Below are positions 1-8,562 of a DNA stretch of 33,222 nt, piece by piece (the first letter of the stretch is position 1; every line of letters begins with the position of its first letter). Origin of the DNA: a candidate division WOR-3 bacterium (lineage in GTDB: Bacteria > Hydrothermota > Tepidihabitantia > Tepidihabitantales > Tepidihabitantaceae); NCBI GenBank assembly GCA_039801225.1, contig JBDRUH010000014.1, positions 1-33,222 of the forward strand, in the 5' to 3' direction. The notes under the pieces were generated by a model, which worked only from the letters and a program-made list of their open reading frames with translations, had not been told where the DNA came from and did no database searches. Both the position numbers and the translations under genes were made by a program.

Positions 1-34
1 CTTATTAATGATGTTGGATAGAATAAGCCACCGA

Positions 35-107
35 GGTGGCGTAGCTCAGTTGGTAGAGCAGTGGAATCATAATCCACGAGTCAGGGGTTCGACTCCCTTC
101 GCCACCA
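35..107 (+). tRNA. tRNA-Met (CAT), probably elongator; 3' CCA not encoded
   Basis: Cloverleaf: acceptor GGTGGCG/CGCCACC + discriminator A; D arm GCTC-AGTTGGTA-GAGC; anticodon arm GTGGA-ATCATAA-TCCAC; T loop TTCGACT. Paired G1-C72 and no three consecutive G-C anticodon pairs argue against initiator. Confidence 0.95.
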
Positions 108-156
108 TAAGACGGTTATTTATTAACTAATAGTCGTGGGTCCAGAAGACCAGACT

Positions 157-195
157 GGGAACTAAAACTATGAACCATAAACTAAAAACCAATTC
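157..195. repeat. Heptamer-like repeat; diverged inverted copy of the core of the 77-bp direct repeat
   Basis: GGGAACTAAAACTATGAACCATAAACTAAAAACCAATTC aligns with the reverse complement of 1585-1624 (GAGAACCCAAAACTATGAACTCCAAACTAAGAACTAATTC). Confidence 0.7.
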
Positions 196-207
196 TTGGA
201 GGAAAAA

Positions 208-1137
208 ATGGGTTTAGAGGAAAGCAAGTCTAAGTTTATCTGGATGAATGGGGAGTATGTCCTTTGGCAGGAGGCAAAAATACACATCTGTTCCCATGTA
301 ATTCACTACGGCACCGGAGTATTTGAGGGGCTGCGGTGCTATAAAACCCCAAATGGTCCAGCAATCTTCCGGCTCAAAGACCACACCGATCGGTTGTTCA
401 ATTCAGCAAAGATTTATCGGATGGAAATCCCGTTCTCTAAAGATGAAATCAACCAAGCGGTTATTGAACTGATAAAGAAGAACGAGTTGGAGGAATGTTA
501 CATCCGCCCGATTGTCTATCGTGGTTATAAAGAACTGGGTGTGAATCCATTTGGCTGTCCAGTTGATGTGGCATTAATCACCTGGAAATGGGGAAAATAC
601 TTAGGACCTGAGGCACTGGAACAGGGGGTAGATGTAATGGTCTCCTCTTGGACCAGAATGGCACCCAACACATTTCCGGCGATGTCCAAGACCTGTGCCA
701 ACTATATGAATTCGCAGTTAATCAAAATGGAGGCGATTACTTATGGGTTTGTTGAAGGTATCGCCCTGGATGTGAATGGCTTCGTTTCTGAAGGCTCAGG
801 AGAAAATATCTTTTTGGTGCGGAATGGCATTATCTACACCCCGCCGCTCCATGCAACAATCCTACCTGGCATCACCCGCGACACGGTTATCACCCTTGCC
901 CGGGATTTGGGTTATGAGGTGAAAGAGACGATGATGTTGCGAGAGATGCTGTATCTTGCTGACGAGGTTTTCTTTACCGGCAGCGCGGCTGAGGTAACTC
1001 CAATCCGTTCTATTGACCGTATTACCATCGGGAGTGGTAAGTGTGGACCAATAACGAAAAAACTTCAAGAGGAGTTCTTTGCCATTATTGAAGGCAAAAG
1101 GGAAGACCGCTACAACTGGTTGACATTCGTAAGATGA
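208..1137 (+). CDS. ilvE: Branched-chain amino acid aminotransferase (PLP fold IV)
   Basis: Motifs [14 protein letters not shown]-x-x-[36 protein letters not shown] upstream of ATG 208. Confidence 0.95.
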   Translation: MGLEESKSKFIWMNGEYVLWQEAKIHICSHVIHYGTGVFEGLRCYKTPNGPAIFRLKDHTDRLFNSAKIYRMEIPFSKDEINQAVIELIKKNELEECYIRPIVYRGYKELGVNPFGCPVDVALITWKWGKYLGPEALEQGVDVMVSSWTRMAPNTFPAMSKTCANYMNSQLIKMEAITYGFVEGIALDVNGFVSEGSGENIFLVRNGIIYTPPLHATILPGITRDTVITLARDLGYEVKETMMLREMLYLADEVFFTGSAAEVTPIRSIDRITIGSGKCGPITKKLQEEFFAIIEGKREDRYNWLTFVR

Positions 1138-1586
1138 AGATTGCTATTGGCGCTGACCATCGGGGTTTTCCCTTAAAGGAGAAACTCAAGGATTATCTCA
1201 TCCGAATCGGACACACGGTCATAGATGAAGGAACATTTTCTGACGAACGGGTAGACTATCCGGACTTCGCTTTTAAAGTGGCGCAGCTGGTCAATAAGCA
1301 GCAGGCGGAACGTGGTATCCTCATCTGTGCTACGGGCATCGGAATGTCAATCGCTGCCAATAAAGTTTTTGGGGTGCGTGCTGCGCTCTGCCTCAATTCA
1401 AAGATGGCGCGCCTCAGCCGTGAGCACAATAACGCCAACTGTCTTTGCCTTGGTGCCGATTTACTCCTACCCGAACAGGCAAAAAGGATTGTCCGCATCT
1501 TTCTGCAAACTCGCTTTACCGCAGGTCGGCACAGCCGCCGGGTGAAAAAAATCTCCTCTTTTGAGAAGGACCTGCCCCGAGCCTGA
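1134..1586 (+). CDS. rpiB: Ribose-5-phosphate isomerase B
   Basis: [42 protein letters not shown]. Overlaps the ilvE stop (ATGA). Confidence 0.95.
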   Translation: MKIAIGADHRGFPLKEKLKDYLIRIGHTVIDEGTFSDERVDYPDFAFKVAQLVNKQQAERGILICATGIGMSIAANKVFGVRAALCLNSKMARLSREHNNANCLCLGADLLLPEQAKRIVRIFLQTRFTAGRHSRRVKKISSFEKDLPRA

Positions 1587-1700
1587 ATTAGTTCTTAGTT
1601 TGGAGTTCATAGTTTTGGGTTCTCAACTGTAGGGCCCGAATCGGGCAAACCTAAAGGTGGTCGCACAGCGACCTGCCCGAATCGGGCAGAGTGCCCTACA
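1571..1700 (+). repeat. Left copy of direct repeat (77 bp identical to 6889-6965, then a 41-bp expansion, then 12 more shared bp)
   Basis: 1571-1647 = 6889-6965 exactly; 1689-1700 = 6966-6977. Includes the last 16 nt of rpiB and a TGTAGGGC...GCCCTACA palindrome. Confidence 0.95.
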
Positions 1701-1749
1701 TTTCCCTCGGAATGGCATTTTCCTTTCATCATCTCCTCTTTTTCCTCAG

Positions 1750-1773
1750 GGGAGGGGCATCTCTGCCCCTCCC
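1750..1773. terminator. 10-bp GC-rich hairpin between rpiB and the convergent gene
   Basis: GGGAGGGGCA-TCTC-TGCCCCTCCC; no U-tract follows on either strand. Confidence 0.5.
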
Positions 1774-1818
1774 AAAAGTCTCTTCTACCATACCGGCAGT
1801 TTCAGTGTTGCAGATTTT

Positions 1819-3000
1819 TTATTCACCCAGTCTTACATTCAAACCCAATCTGAACCAGACCGCCTTGTTATAAGGTAACCCCTGCAGATAACCGGCGCTC
1901 TTTGCACCTGCACCAATCAAAAAGGTGCTTTTCGGTGTTCTTATCCCCGCTTCTGTTTCCAATGCACCACCCCACTTTTTCCCCGTCCAGCCGTGGAGTT
2001 CAATGGAGAATAGAAGGTTACGGAAAGATAAACCTCCTACATAAACTCCGCCACAGATTGCATCAGGTTCGGCTATCCGCCAGAGGTGACCAAAATAACC
2101 TCTTCCATAAAATGAGTCGCTTCGCCAATATACCTCAAAATACCTTTCCGTGCCTAAAGATGTGAGACCATAAGAGAATGCGGGCATAAATTGAATCCCG
2201 CCCACTCGTAACATAGAAACCATTGCCTGGGATGAATCTGAGAATGGTAAACTCAGAGTGTAATATAATGACTGCCAGAAAGGCGGATTCAAAAGAGAAA
2301 AGGCAACCGCCTCGCGCCGGATGTTTTTGTAAAGCCTTTCCATCTCCTCTAAGGATGGGATAGAATCACCGGTTTTGAGGGTAACCATTCCATCTAGCCA
2401 ACTACCCACATCGCCTATTTTCCCTTTAAGAATGTAAGATACGGCTCCGGCTTCAGTGAGAATTGACCACATAAAATCTGTAGGCTTGCCTGTTCTCGTT
2501 CCATACAGCCTCCTTCTAAGGAGTCGTGCTGCTACATTCTCCGCCTCTATGCCACATTGGGCAATTAGAACCCTATCTTCACATGAGGCGTCCTCTTCTG
2601 AAGAAGAATATGGGAAACTCACCATAAAATACGGATGTTTCAGCCCAAGTAAAGGAGCAAGAGGTAAGTAGTTATATGGTAGATAATAAGCAACATCTAA
2701 CCCAAATTCTTCCACAATACATTGCCCGTGTCCCAATTCATGAAGAGTTGTTTCCAGCCAGTTTATGTTTGAGATATCCCAGAGGATTAACTTGGCAAAT
2801 CGGTAGAAAGGACCTCTCAGTCTGAGTGGCTCAATCCCTTTACAAATCGCATAATCAAGAAGGTCATAAAAAGAGATAAGGTTGGTTGCGGTTTCGGTCA
2901 TCCCCATCTCGGGCGGCGGATGGCTTGGGTTAACATAGAATTTAACTTCTGAAGCGCTGCCTATTGTGAGAAGGCTAATTATTAGTAAAGAGTTCTTCAA
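1819..3000 (-). CDS. Secreted/outer-membrane hypothetical protein with an HExxH motif and a beta-strand-rich C-terminus
   Basis: 393-aa ORF; signal-like N-terminus; LHELGH; alternating aromatic/Gly strands in the C-terminal third. Confidence 0.75.
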   Translation of the reverse strand: MKNSLLIISLLTIGSASEVKFYVNPSHPPPEMGMTETATNLISFYDLLDYAICKGIEPLRLRGPFYRFAKLILWDISNINWLETTLHELGHGQCIVEEFGLDVAYYLPYNYLPLAPLLGLKHPYFMVSFPYSSSEEDASCEDRVLIAQCGIEAENVAARLLRRRLYGTRTGKPTDFMWSILTEAGAVSYILKGKIGDVGSWLDGMVTLKTGDSIPSLEEMERLYKNIRREAVAFSLLNPPFWQSLYYTLSLPFSDSSQAMVSMLRVGGIQFMPAFSYGLTSLGTERYFEVYWRSDSFYGRGYFGHLWRIAEPDAICGGVYVGGLSFRNLLFSIELHGWTGKKWGGALETEAGIRTPKSTFLIGAGAKSAGYLQGLPYNKAVWFRLGLNVRLGE

Positions 3001-3042
3001 AACTCTCCGAAAGTGTCGTTTACCTACTATCTTCTACTTCTC

Positions 3043-4623
3043 CTATTTCACAACTTGAAACTTTTTGACCTCTTTACCGACTTTTAAGAAATAAATCCCC
3101 GGATTTATCCCTTTCAGCGATATTTTCACTTCCCAACCATTGCCAATCCCTCCATTGTCATTCTTACCTAAAAAGGTTTGCCCTACCAACTTTCCCGAAA
3201 CATCAAAGATTTCTATCCGCTCAACGCTTTGTGATAACCAGAGAGTGAGAACCGTTTTTGCTGGACTGGGATAGACCCTGAGCCTTTGTCCAATTGGGAC
3301 GCTTGGTGATTGGGGTTTAGCAATACCCATTCCTGAGGGAGGGTATTTTATCGTGCACCAGTCAAAATCATAGTCGGTGCGGGTGCCGGTGAGGACGAAT
3401 CCGGTGGTATAGATATAGCCTTCGTTGTCAATATCAAGGTCATATATCCAGCCGGAGATGCTGTCCGGTCCGCAGTATCTTGCCTCCCATTGCAGATTGC
3501 CAAGAGAGTCGTATTTGAGCAGGGTATAATCATCGCCCCAGTAAACAGTGTCCCGTGGCGCCATACTGTAACCACCGACATAAACATTCTTCTGGGCGTC
3601 AACCCCAATGGCAAAGGGAAAGTCATCGCCACCAACTCCTGTATAACTTCTTATCCACATCTCATCGCCGGCAGGGGAATATTTGATGGTAACAAAATCA
3701 AAGTTGATAACATGCCCTGGCTTCTCCGCTATTGCCCCAGCAACATAGCAGTTGCCATCATGGTCAATTGTCAGTGTCTGACCTCTGTCATAGCCGGGGC
3801 CATCGTATGTCCGCACCCACTGCTCTTCACCATTGGTGTTGTATTTGACAGTGGCAACAACATCATTAGAACTAACACCAAGTGAGCCGGTAACATACAC
3901 ATCACCATTAGGCGAGACGGCGAGTTTAAACGGATAACCCGTGATATTTTCACCTCGGCGCCAAAGCAGTTCGCCATCAGGGGTGTATTTCATCACCACA
4001 TACCGCACAGGACTGCCGTCGCCAGCAACATAGATATTGCCAGCGTTATCAAGTCCAATGCTCACTGTCCAATAGGCGACCGAATCAATCGCCACCCATT
4101 CTTCATTGCCTTGGGGATTGTATTTAATAGTAATGGAATGTCTGCCACTTCCGAGATAAGTGTAACCGGTTACATAAACATTACCCTCTCGGTCAACCGC
4201 AATGTCACTACCCCAATCCTCGCCCGATGATGCATATTTTCTCACCCATTCTATATCTCCATCTGGGTTATATTTTACTGTCATAATATCGTTCTCCCCC
4301 ATCTCACCGACTATCCCGGTAACATACGCATTGCCACTGGAGTCGGCTGCAACCGCCAGTGCGAAATCATACAAACTATCTCCGCAAGTTCTCACCCATT
4401 GCTGGTTGCCGTTACAGTCATATTTAATTGTGCAAAAGAGAGACCCGGTATCACCGTTGTGGAATACACTGCAGTAACCGGTACAAAAAATGTTAGAATT
4501 CTGGTCAATACAAAGGTTATATGCTTTATCCCACCAGTCAGCCGGACCATCATAAGTTCTTATCCACAGTTGGGGATAGACAATGTCAAACATAAAAAGG
4601 GATATTAAAACAGCACCTTTCAT
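3043..4623 (-). CDS. SBBP-repeat beta-propeller protein with T9SS type A-like C-terminal domain
   Basis: Repeated IAVDxxGNVYVTG...TIKYxxxGxxxWxRTY units; C-terminal YPSP...IFDVSGKLV...PGIYFLKV...KKFQVVK. Start 4623 or 4632. Confidence 0.88.
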   Translation of the reverse strand: MKGAVLISLFMFDIVYPQLWIRTYDGPADWWDKAYNLCIDQNSNIFCTGYCSVFHNGDTGSLFCTIKYDCNGNQQWVRTCGDSLYDFALAVAADSSGNAYVTGIVGEMGENDIMTVKYNPDGDIEWVRKYASSGEDWGSDIAVDREGNVYVTGYTYLGSGRHSITIKYNPQGNEEWVAIDSVAYWTVSIGLDNAGNIYVAGDGSPVRYVVMKYTPDGELLWRRGENITGYPFKLAVSPNGDVYVTGSLGVSSNDVVATVKYNTNGEEQWVRTYDGPGYDRGQTLTIDHDGNCYVAGAIAEKPGHVINFDFVTIKYSPAGDEMWIRSYTGVGGDDFPFAIGVDAQKNVYVGGYSMAPRDTVYWGDDYTLLKYDSLGNLQWEARYCGPDSISGWIYDLDIDNEGYIYTTGFVLTGTRTDYDFDWCTIKYPPSGMGIAKPQSPSVPIGQRLRVYPSPAKTVLTLWLSQSVERIEIFDVSGKLVGQTFLGKNDNGGIGNGWEVKISLKGINPGIYFLKVGKEVKKFQVVK

Positions 4624-4632
4624 AGTTATCAT

Positions 4633-4641
4633 ATTATAGCA
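4633..4641 (-). promoter_or_regulatory. Extended -10 element (TGCTATAAT) before the SBBP gene
   Basis: TGnTATAAT on the minus strand, 9 nt before ATG 4623; weak -35. Confidence 0.5.
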
Positions 4642-4653
4642 TTTTATTTATTC

Positions 4654-4683
4654 AGGCAAGGGGTGAATTTTCACCCCTTGCCT
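4654..4683. terminator. Perfect 14-bp inverted repeat just after the stop of 4690-5163
   Basis: AGGCAAGGGGTGAA-TT-TTCACCCCTTGCCT. Confidence 0.6.
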
Positions 4684-4689
4684 TTTCCT

Positions 4690-5163
4690 TTATTCTTCCG
4701 CTACCCAAGGCGGGTCAGGAAGTGGGGGAGTTGTGCGAGTAAGATAGAGCGCGTCCTGATCAAACCAGTGCCCTGGACCATACTGCATCACCTTACTCCA
4801 CTCGCTGTAGTATTTCTCTCCGCCCATCCATTTATAGGCATAAAACCGCCACCTGTAGACAGTGTCATAAGGAATTATGTAACCAGGGGGTGTTACCTCT
4901 TCGCGTGCGAACCTACAGATGTTATAGTCAGGTGGATAATCACTCCTTCCTCCTGGTCCAGTAAAACCTGTGGTGTAATAACGCGACTGCGACCAACCTG
5001 AACGGTAGTAGGATGCTACAACATAACAATAGTCTGCAGCGCTGCCATTACGATGGTAGGTCCAAAGGAATAGTCCCTCAGGGACTTGAATCTGCTGTGC
5101 TGATGCGACGCCTGAAAGCAACAAAACCGCCAGAATTGCGATTGGGATGATTCTGCGGAACAT
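4690..5163 (-). CDS. Small secreted Tyr/Trp-rich protein, possibly FN3/Ig-like
   Basis: AAGGAGG RBS before ATG 5163; signal peptide MFRRIIPIAILAVLLLSGVASA; YRWRFYA...YSEWS motif; Pro-rich tail. Confidence 0.8.
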   Translation of the reverse strand: MFRRIIPIAILAVLLLSGVASAQQIQVPEGLFLWTYHRNGSAADYCYVVASYYRSGWSQSRYYTTGFTGPGGRSDYPPDYNICRFAREEVTPPGYIIPYDTVYRWRFYAYKWMGGEKYYSEWSKVMQYGPGHWFDQDALYLTRTTPPLPDPPWVAEE

Positions 5164-5320
5164 ACAAACCTCCTTTACTTTTGGCATCCAGGCACCATCA
5201 GATGCCTTTACCGTCTCCGGCTCGGTGCCGCCGTTTCAGGGTTAAGTGTTAACTTGGCTTCTTCCGGCACCCTGCTTGCCAGAATAAAGCCTGTCCCGAA
5301 TTGGGCGATTCTTAAATTGT

Positions 5321-5440
<120 letters not shown>

Positions 5441-5447
5441 CGTTGCA

Positions 5448-5475
5448 ATTATATCAAAAAATTGCCCCGTGTCAA
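5448..5475 (-). promoter_or_regulatory. Consensus sigma70 promoter facing the island genes
   Basis: Minus strand TTGACA (5475-5470), 16 bp, TATAAT (5453-5448). Confidence 0.8.
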
Positions 5476-5483
5476 GCGCAAAT

Positions 5484-6851
5484 TGTCGTTCCAACTCTGG
5501 AACCGCAACTTTATTTCCAACTACAAATCGCAACTTTTCTTGTCAGAATTGTGCCATGACCAAAGGAGGATTTTATGGCAACAAAACTGGAAAATAAGAT
5601 TGTGAAGCTCTCTCAAGTATTCACGCTGGTCGAGCAGGGCAGTATTAGTCTCAAGGATGCCGCCTTTCTGACCGGGTATTCCTACTGGCATCTCACCAGA
5701 CTTTACCACCGGGCGCAAGGGGTTAGACTAGAACAACTATTTCAACCCAAGCCGCCGCCAAGAAAACTATCCCAGGCTAATGTCGCGCTACTCAAGAACT
5801 ACTATGACAAACTCAAACACCCGCAAATATCTCTCTTAGCACACTTTCTTTACCAGGACCACCCGACCTTTCCCAGAGTCTCTGAAGAATGGTTGCGCCG
5901 GGTGCTCATTCGCGAGCAGGTGTATTCACCGCCCTCTAGGGGTCGGGTCTTTCGCCACCGCTTTGAGGCACCAGCACCAGGGGTTCTTGTTCAAGGCGAC
6001 TCCACTCCCTTTCCGTGGATTCCCGGCGACGACACCTATTACCATCTCATCGCTTTCATCGACGACTGCACCCGACTCTGTCTGGGCATGGCGCTGGCTG
6101 AGCATGACTCGGTAGTTGAGCACTTCCAACTACTGAAGAGTATTATCCGGCACTATGGACGCTTTATTGCCCTCTATTACGACAATGACGAGAAGTATCG
6201 CTACATCCGGCACAATCAATCCCGTCACTACACCTACCACACCGACCAGGCTGACCTCCAAGTCATCCGTGCCCTGTCTGAGCTGGGTATCCAAGTTATC
6301 AACACCAAGCCCTATGACCCTTGCGGCAAAGGGAAGATAGAACGGTTTCTGGAAACCTGCCAACTTCAACTGCCGATTTGGTTCCAGCATTACCGGGTAA
6401 GGAATCTACAGGAAGCCCGGGAATACCTAATGGGTTATCGTGCCTACTACAACCGCCAGCGCCGACACCGCGAATTGGGTATGACTCCTCAACAGAAGTT
6501 TGACCTTTTGCGCTCGCAGAACCGGTTCGCTCCAGTCAAAACTGGTTTGGACCTCCGTCGGATATTCGCCTTTCGCTACTTCCGGAAGGTGGCTAGTGAC
6601 AACACCATCAGCTTTGAAGGTACTGACTACCAGTTGGAGCGGCAACCATTTGCTTACAGCTACTACGGCAAGACCGCCGAAATTAGATATCTGCCGGGTC
6701 GTTTCCTGACAATCTACATTGATGACAAACCGGTGAATTACCGGCAGCTATTGACAGTCAGCCGAAGACGCTCAGAATGAGTGCCGTGTCCACACACAAA
6801 AGTTGCGATTCGAAGTTGGAATATCAGTTGCGATTCCGAGTTGTGCCGACA
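5484..6851 (+). mobile_element. Insertion sequence, IS481/IS1202(ISNCY)-like, 1368 bp, 8-bp target duplication
   Basis: Ends TGTCG...CGACA; imperfect inverted repeats 5484-5538 and 6798-6851; GCGCAAAT duplicated at 5476-5483 and 6852-6859; single transposase. Confidence 0.93.
5575..6780 (+). CDS. DDE transposase (rve-type integrase core)
   Basis: N-terminal HTH; GVLVQGD, IDDCTR, YYDN, KGKIERF; C-terminal RKVASDNTISFEG. AAGGAGG RBS. Confidence 0.92.
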   Translation: MATKLENKIVKLSQVFTLVEQGSISLKDAAFLTGYSYWHLTRLYHRAQGVRLEQLFQPKPPPRKLSQANVALLKNYYDKLKHPQISLLAHFLYQDHPTFPRVSEEWLRRVLIREQVYSPPSRGRVFRHRFEAPAPGVLVQGDSTPFPWIPGDDTYYHLIAFIDDCTRLCLGMALAEHDSVVEHFQLLKSIIRHYGRFIALYYDNDEKYRYIRHNQSRHYTYHTDQADLQVIRALSELGIQVINTKPYDPCGKGKIERFLETCQLQLPIWFQHYRVRNLQEAREYLMGYRAYYNRQRRHRELGMTPQQKFDLLRSQNRFAPVKTGLDLRRIFAFRYFRKVASDNTISFEGTDYQLERQPFAYSYYGKTAEIRYLPGRFLTIYIDDKPVNYRQLLTVSRRRSE

Positions 6852-6888
6852 GCGCAAATTTCCCAAAAAACTAAATCCAAAGCAAACC

Positions 6889-6977
6889 CCTGCCCCGAGC
6901 CTGAATTAGTTCTTAGTTTGGAGTTCATAGTTTTGGGTTCTCAACTGTAGGGCCCGAATCGGGCAGAGTGCCCTACA
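6889..6977 (+). repeat. Right copy of direct repeat
   Basis: Matches 1571-1647 plus 1689-1700. Confidence 0.95.
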
Positions 6978-7002
6978 AAGAAAAACTAACAACTAACATA
7001 GA

Positions 7003-7060
7003 AGATTACTTCGCCCCTTCGGGGCTCACCCGGAAACGGACACTATTCTTGGCAATGACA
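7003..7060 (-). repeat. CGTC/GTCATT-type palindromic repeat with an internal insertion
   Basis: GATTACTTCG-CCCCTTCGGGG-CTC...GCAATGAC; resembles 26402-26432. Confidence 0.6.
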
Positions 7061-7113
7061 GGGATGGAGGAAGGAAAACGGTCCTCGGTCTCCTTTATAC
7101 TAAGGTCGAGTGA

Positions 7114-8451
7114 TTAACGCTGTAAAGCGACAATCGTCAGAATTAGCGAAACGGTGGGAATCCCGATACTGGAGAGAATGCTGACATAATCCTGCCACCA
7201 CTTAAGCCCGTATCTGGGCACCATAACAATATCACCTGGCTCAACTATAATATTATTCTTTCCCGAGAGTCGTTTACCTTTCCGGATGACAAAACTTCCC
7301 CGGACATTGCCATTTTCTGTGGGACCACCCGCCTGACCGATGTAATCACTTATCCGCTTATTGGGAATGTAGGGACAGGGACCAGGGTCCTCTACTTCAC
7401 CTTCAACATAAACCAAACTGTTAGTTGGCGGAATGACCAATATATCGCCGTTAACAAGTTCAATATTTTGACTTGAATCCTTATCAAAAAGGACACGGTG
7501 GAGGTCTACCGGAATCCGCTTTCGCTCGCCTGAGCTACCAACTACCAACCGTTCCACATAACAGTTTTGCAAATCTGCCCAAGAGGTGAGCCCAGCAGTC
7601 TTCTGAATAATATCCAGCACCCGCTCCCCCGGCTTCAACTCATAAATCTCTCCCTTCACCCCTTCCTTTTCCGGACGCTGGTCTGTGGTTGGCTGAGGGT
7701 TTTCTCGGCGAAGATAGATTGCCCCTTTAACCGTAACAAACCCCTCAGCGGGAGGAACATAGATAACATCTCCTGTTTCAACAAACGGGTTTGCCTGTAA
7801 ATCGCCTTCCCGTTCAAATCTACCGATATCAACAATTGCATAAGGAATCCCTCTTCGGATAAGGGAGATTTTACTCTTAGAACCAATAGAAGAAATTCCA
7901 CCCGCCCGGGCAATAACCTGGGAAACCCGCTCCACCGGGGAGGCGTTATAGGCTCCGGGTTTTAAAACCGCACCGGTAACAAAAACAACCGCCCGATGTA
8001 GACCAATAAGAGTCAGTTTCACGGTAGCATCTTTGAAAAAGCGGCGAAAAGCCTTTGTCAAAGTATCTTGGGCCTCAGCAAGGGAAAGCCCTGATACCAA
8101 AACCGCATCCACCACATCAAACAACATTGCCGAACGCTCAGTTTCCGACGAGTATGAAGGAGTAGCCGGGCTGAGAGGCATATTAATGGTAATTTTCCCC
8201 TCATAAGTAACCAGGCTTTGATAAGAGTAACTCATTTTTCCGCCTACCGTTACCAATATCCTATCCCCAGGCATCAAAGTATACTCTTCAGGAATAACTG
8301 GACTCTCTACCCCTAAAAGCAGGCCCGTTGATGGCTCAGCCTCACCACCTCTGGTCCAATCCCCAGTAATCTGGGCAGAGACCAAACCAAATCCGGCAAA
8401 AAAAATGAACAACCAAAAGAATTTTTTCTCCACAAAGAATTTTAGAAACAT
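7114..8451 (-). CDS. Polysaccharide export protein with SLBB domains (Wza/KpsD-like)
   Basis: YTLMPGD; repeated VxVxGxVxxPG...AGG...GDxI SLBB units; C-terminal helix. Confidence 0.88.
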   Translation of the reverse strand: MFLKFFVEKKFFWLFIFFAGFGLVSAQITGDWTRGGEAEPSTGLLLGVESPVIPEEYTLMPGDRILVTVGGKMSYSYQSLVTYEGKITINMPLSPATPSYSSETERSAMLFDVVDAVLVSGLSLAEAQDTLTKAFRRFFKDATVKLTLIGLHRAVVFVTGAVLKPGAYNASPVERVSQVIARAGGISSIGSKSKISLIRRGIPYAIVDIGRFEREGDLQANPFVETGDVIYVPPAEGFVTVKGAIYLRRENPQPTTDQRPEKEGVKGEIYELKPGERVLDIIQKTAGLTSWADLQNCYVERLVVGSSGERKRIPVDLHRVLFDKDSSQNIELVNGDILVIPPTNSLVYVEGEVEDPGPCPYIPNKRISDYIGQAGGPTENGNVRGSFVIRKGKRLSGKNNIIVEPGDIVMVPRYGLKWWQDYVSILSSIGIPTVSLILTIVALQR

Positions 8452-8527
8452 CCATCACTCCTGTCAACTTTTGGTCTACCTCGCACATACCTTGAGGTAA
8501 TTTGGGTTTTAGGCGTAAGGTTTTTAA

Positions 8528-8555
8528 TTGACTTTTTTTAACATTAAAAGAAAAT
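8528..8555 (+). promoter_or_regulatory. Putative promoter for prsW
   Basis: TTGACT, 16 bp, GAAAAT, 7 nt, TTG start. Confidence 0.4.
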
Positions 8556-8562
8556 AAAACTC

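Noticed and set aside
1607..1732. Minus-strand RBS plus ATG giving a ~41-aa ORF across the left repeat
   Set aside because: It consists almost entirely of repeat sequence and has no recognisable protein features.
5190..5280. Cobalamin riboswitch or self-cleaving ribozyme in the leader (GAGCCGGAGAC, TAACACT)
   Set aside because: Only short fragments resemble those families and the core consensus elements are missing. Kept as an unassigned structured leader.
5445..5483. dif/Xer site as the IS target, as in some IS1202-family elements
   Set aside because: The reconstructed empty site shows no XerD-arm-like TTATGTTAAAT.
5441..5559. ORF-track calls 5321..5533(-), 5254..5559(+) and 5521..5718(-)
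   Set aside because: They cross the IS end and the promoter. Only the portion from ATG 5440 has supporting signals.
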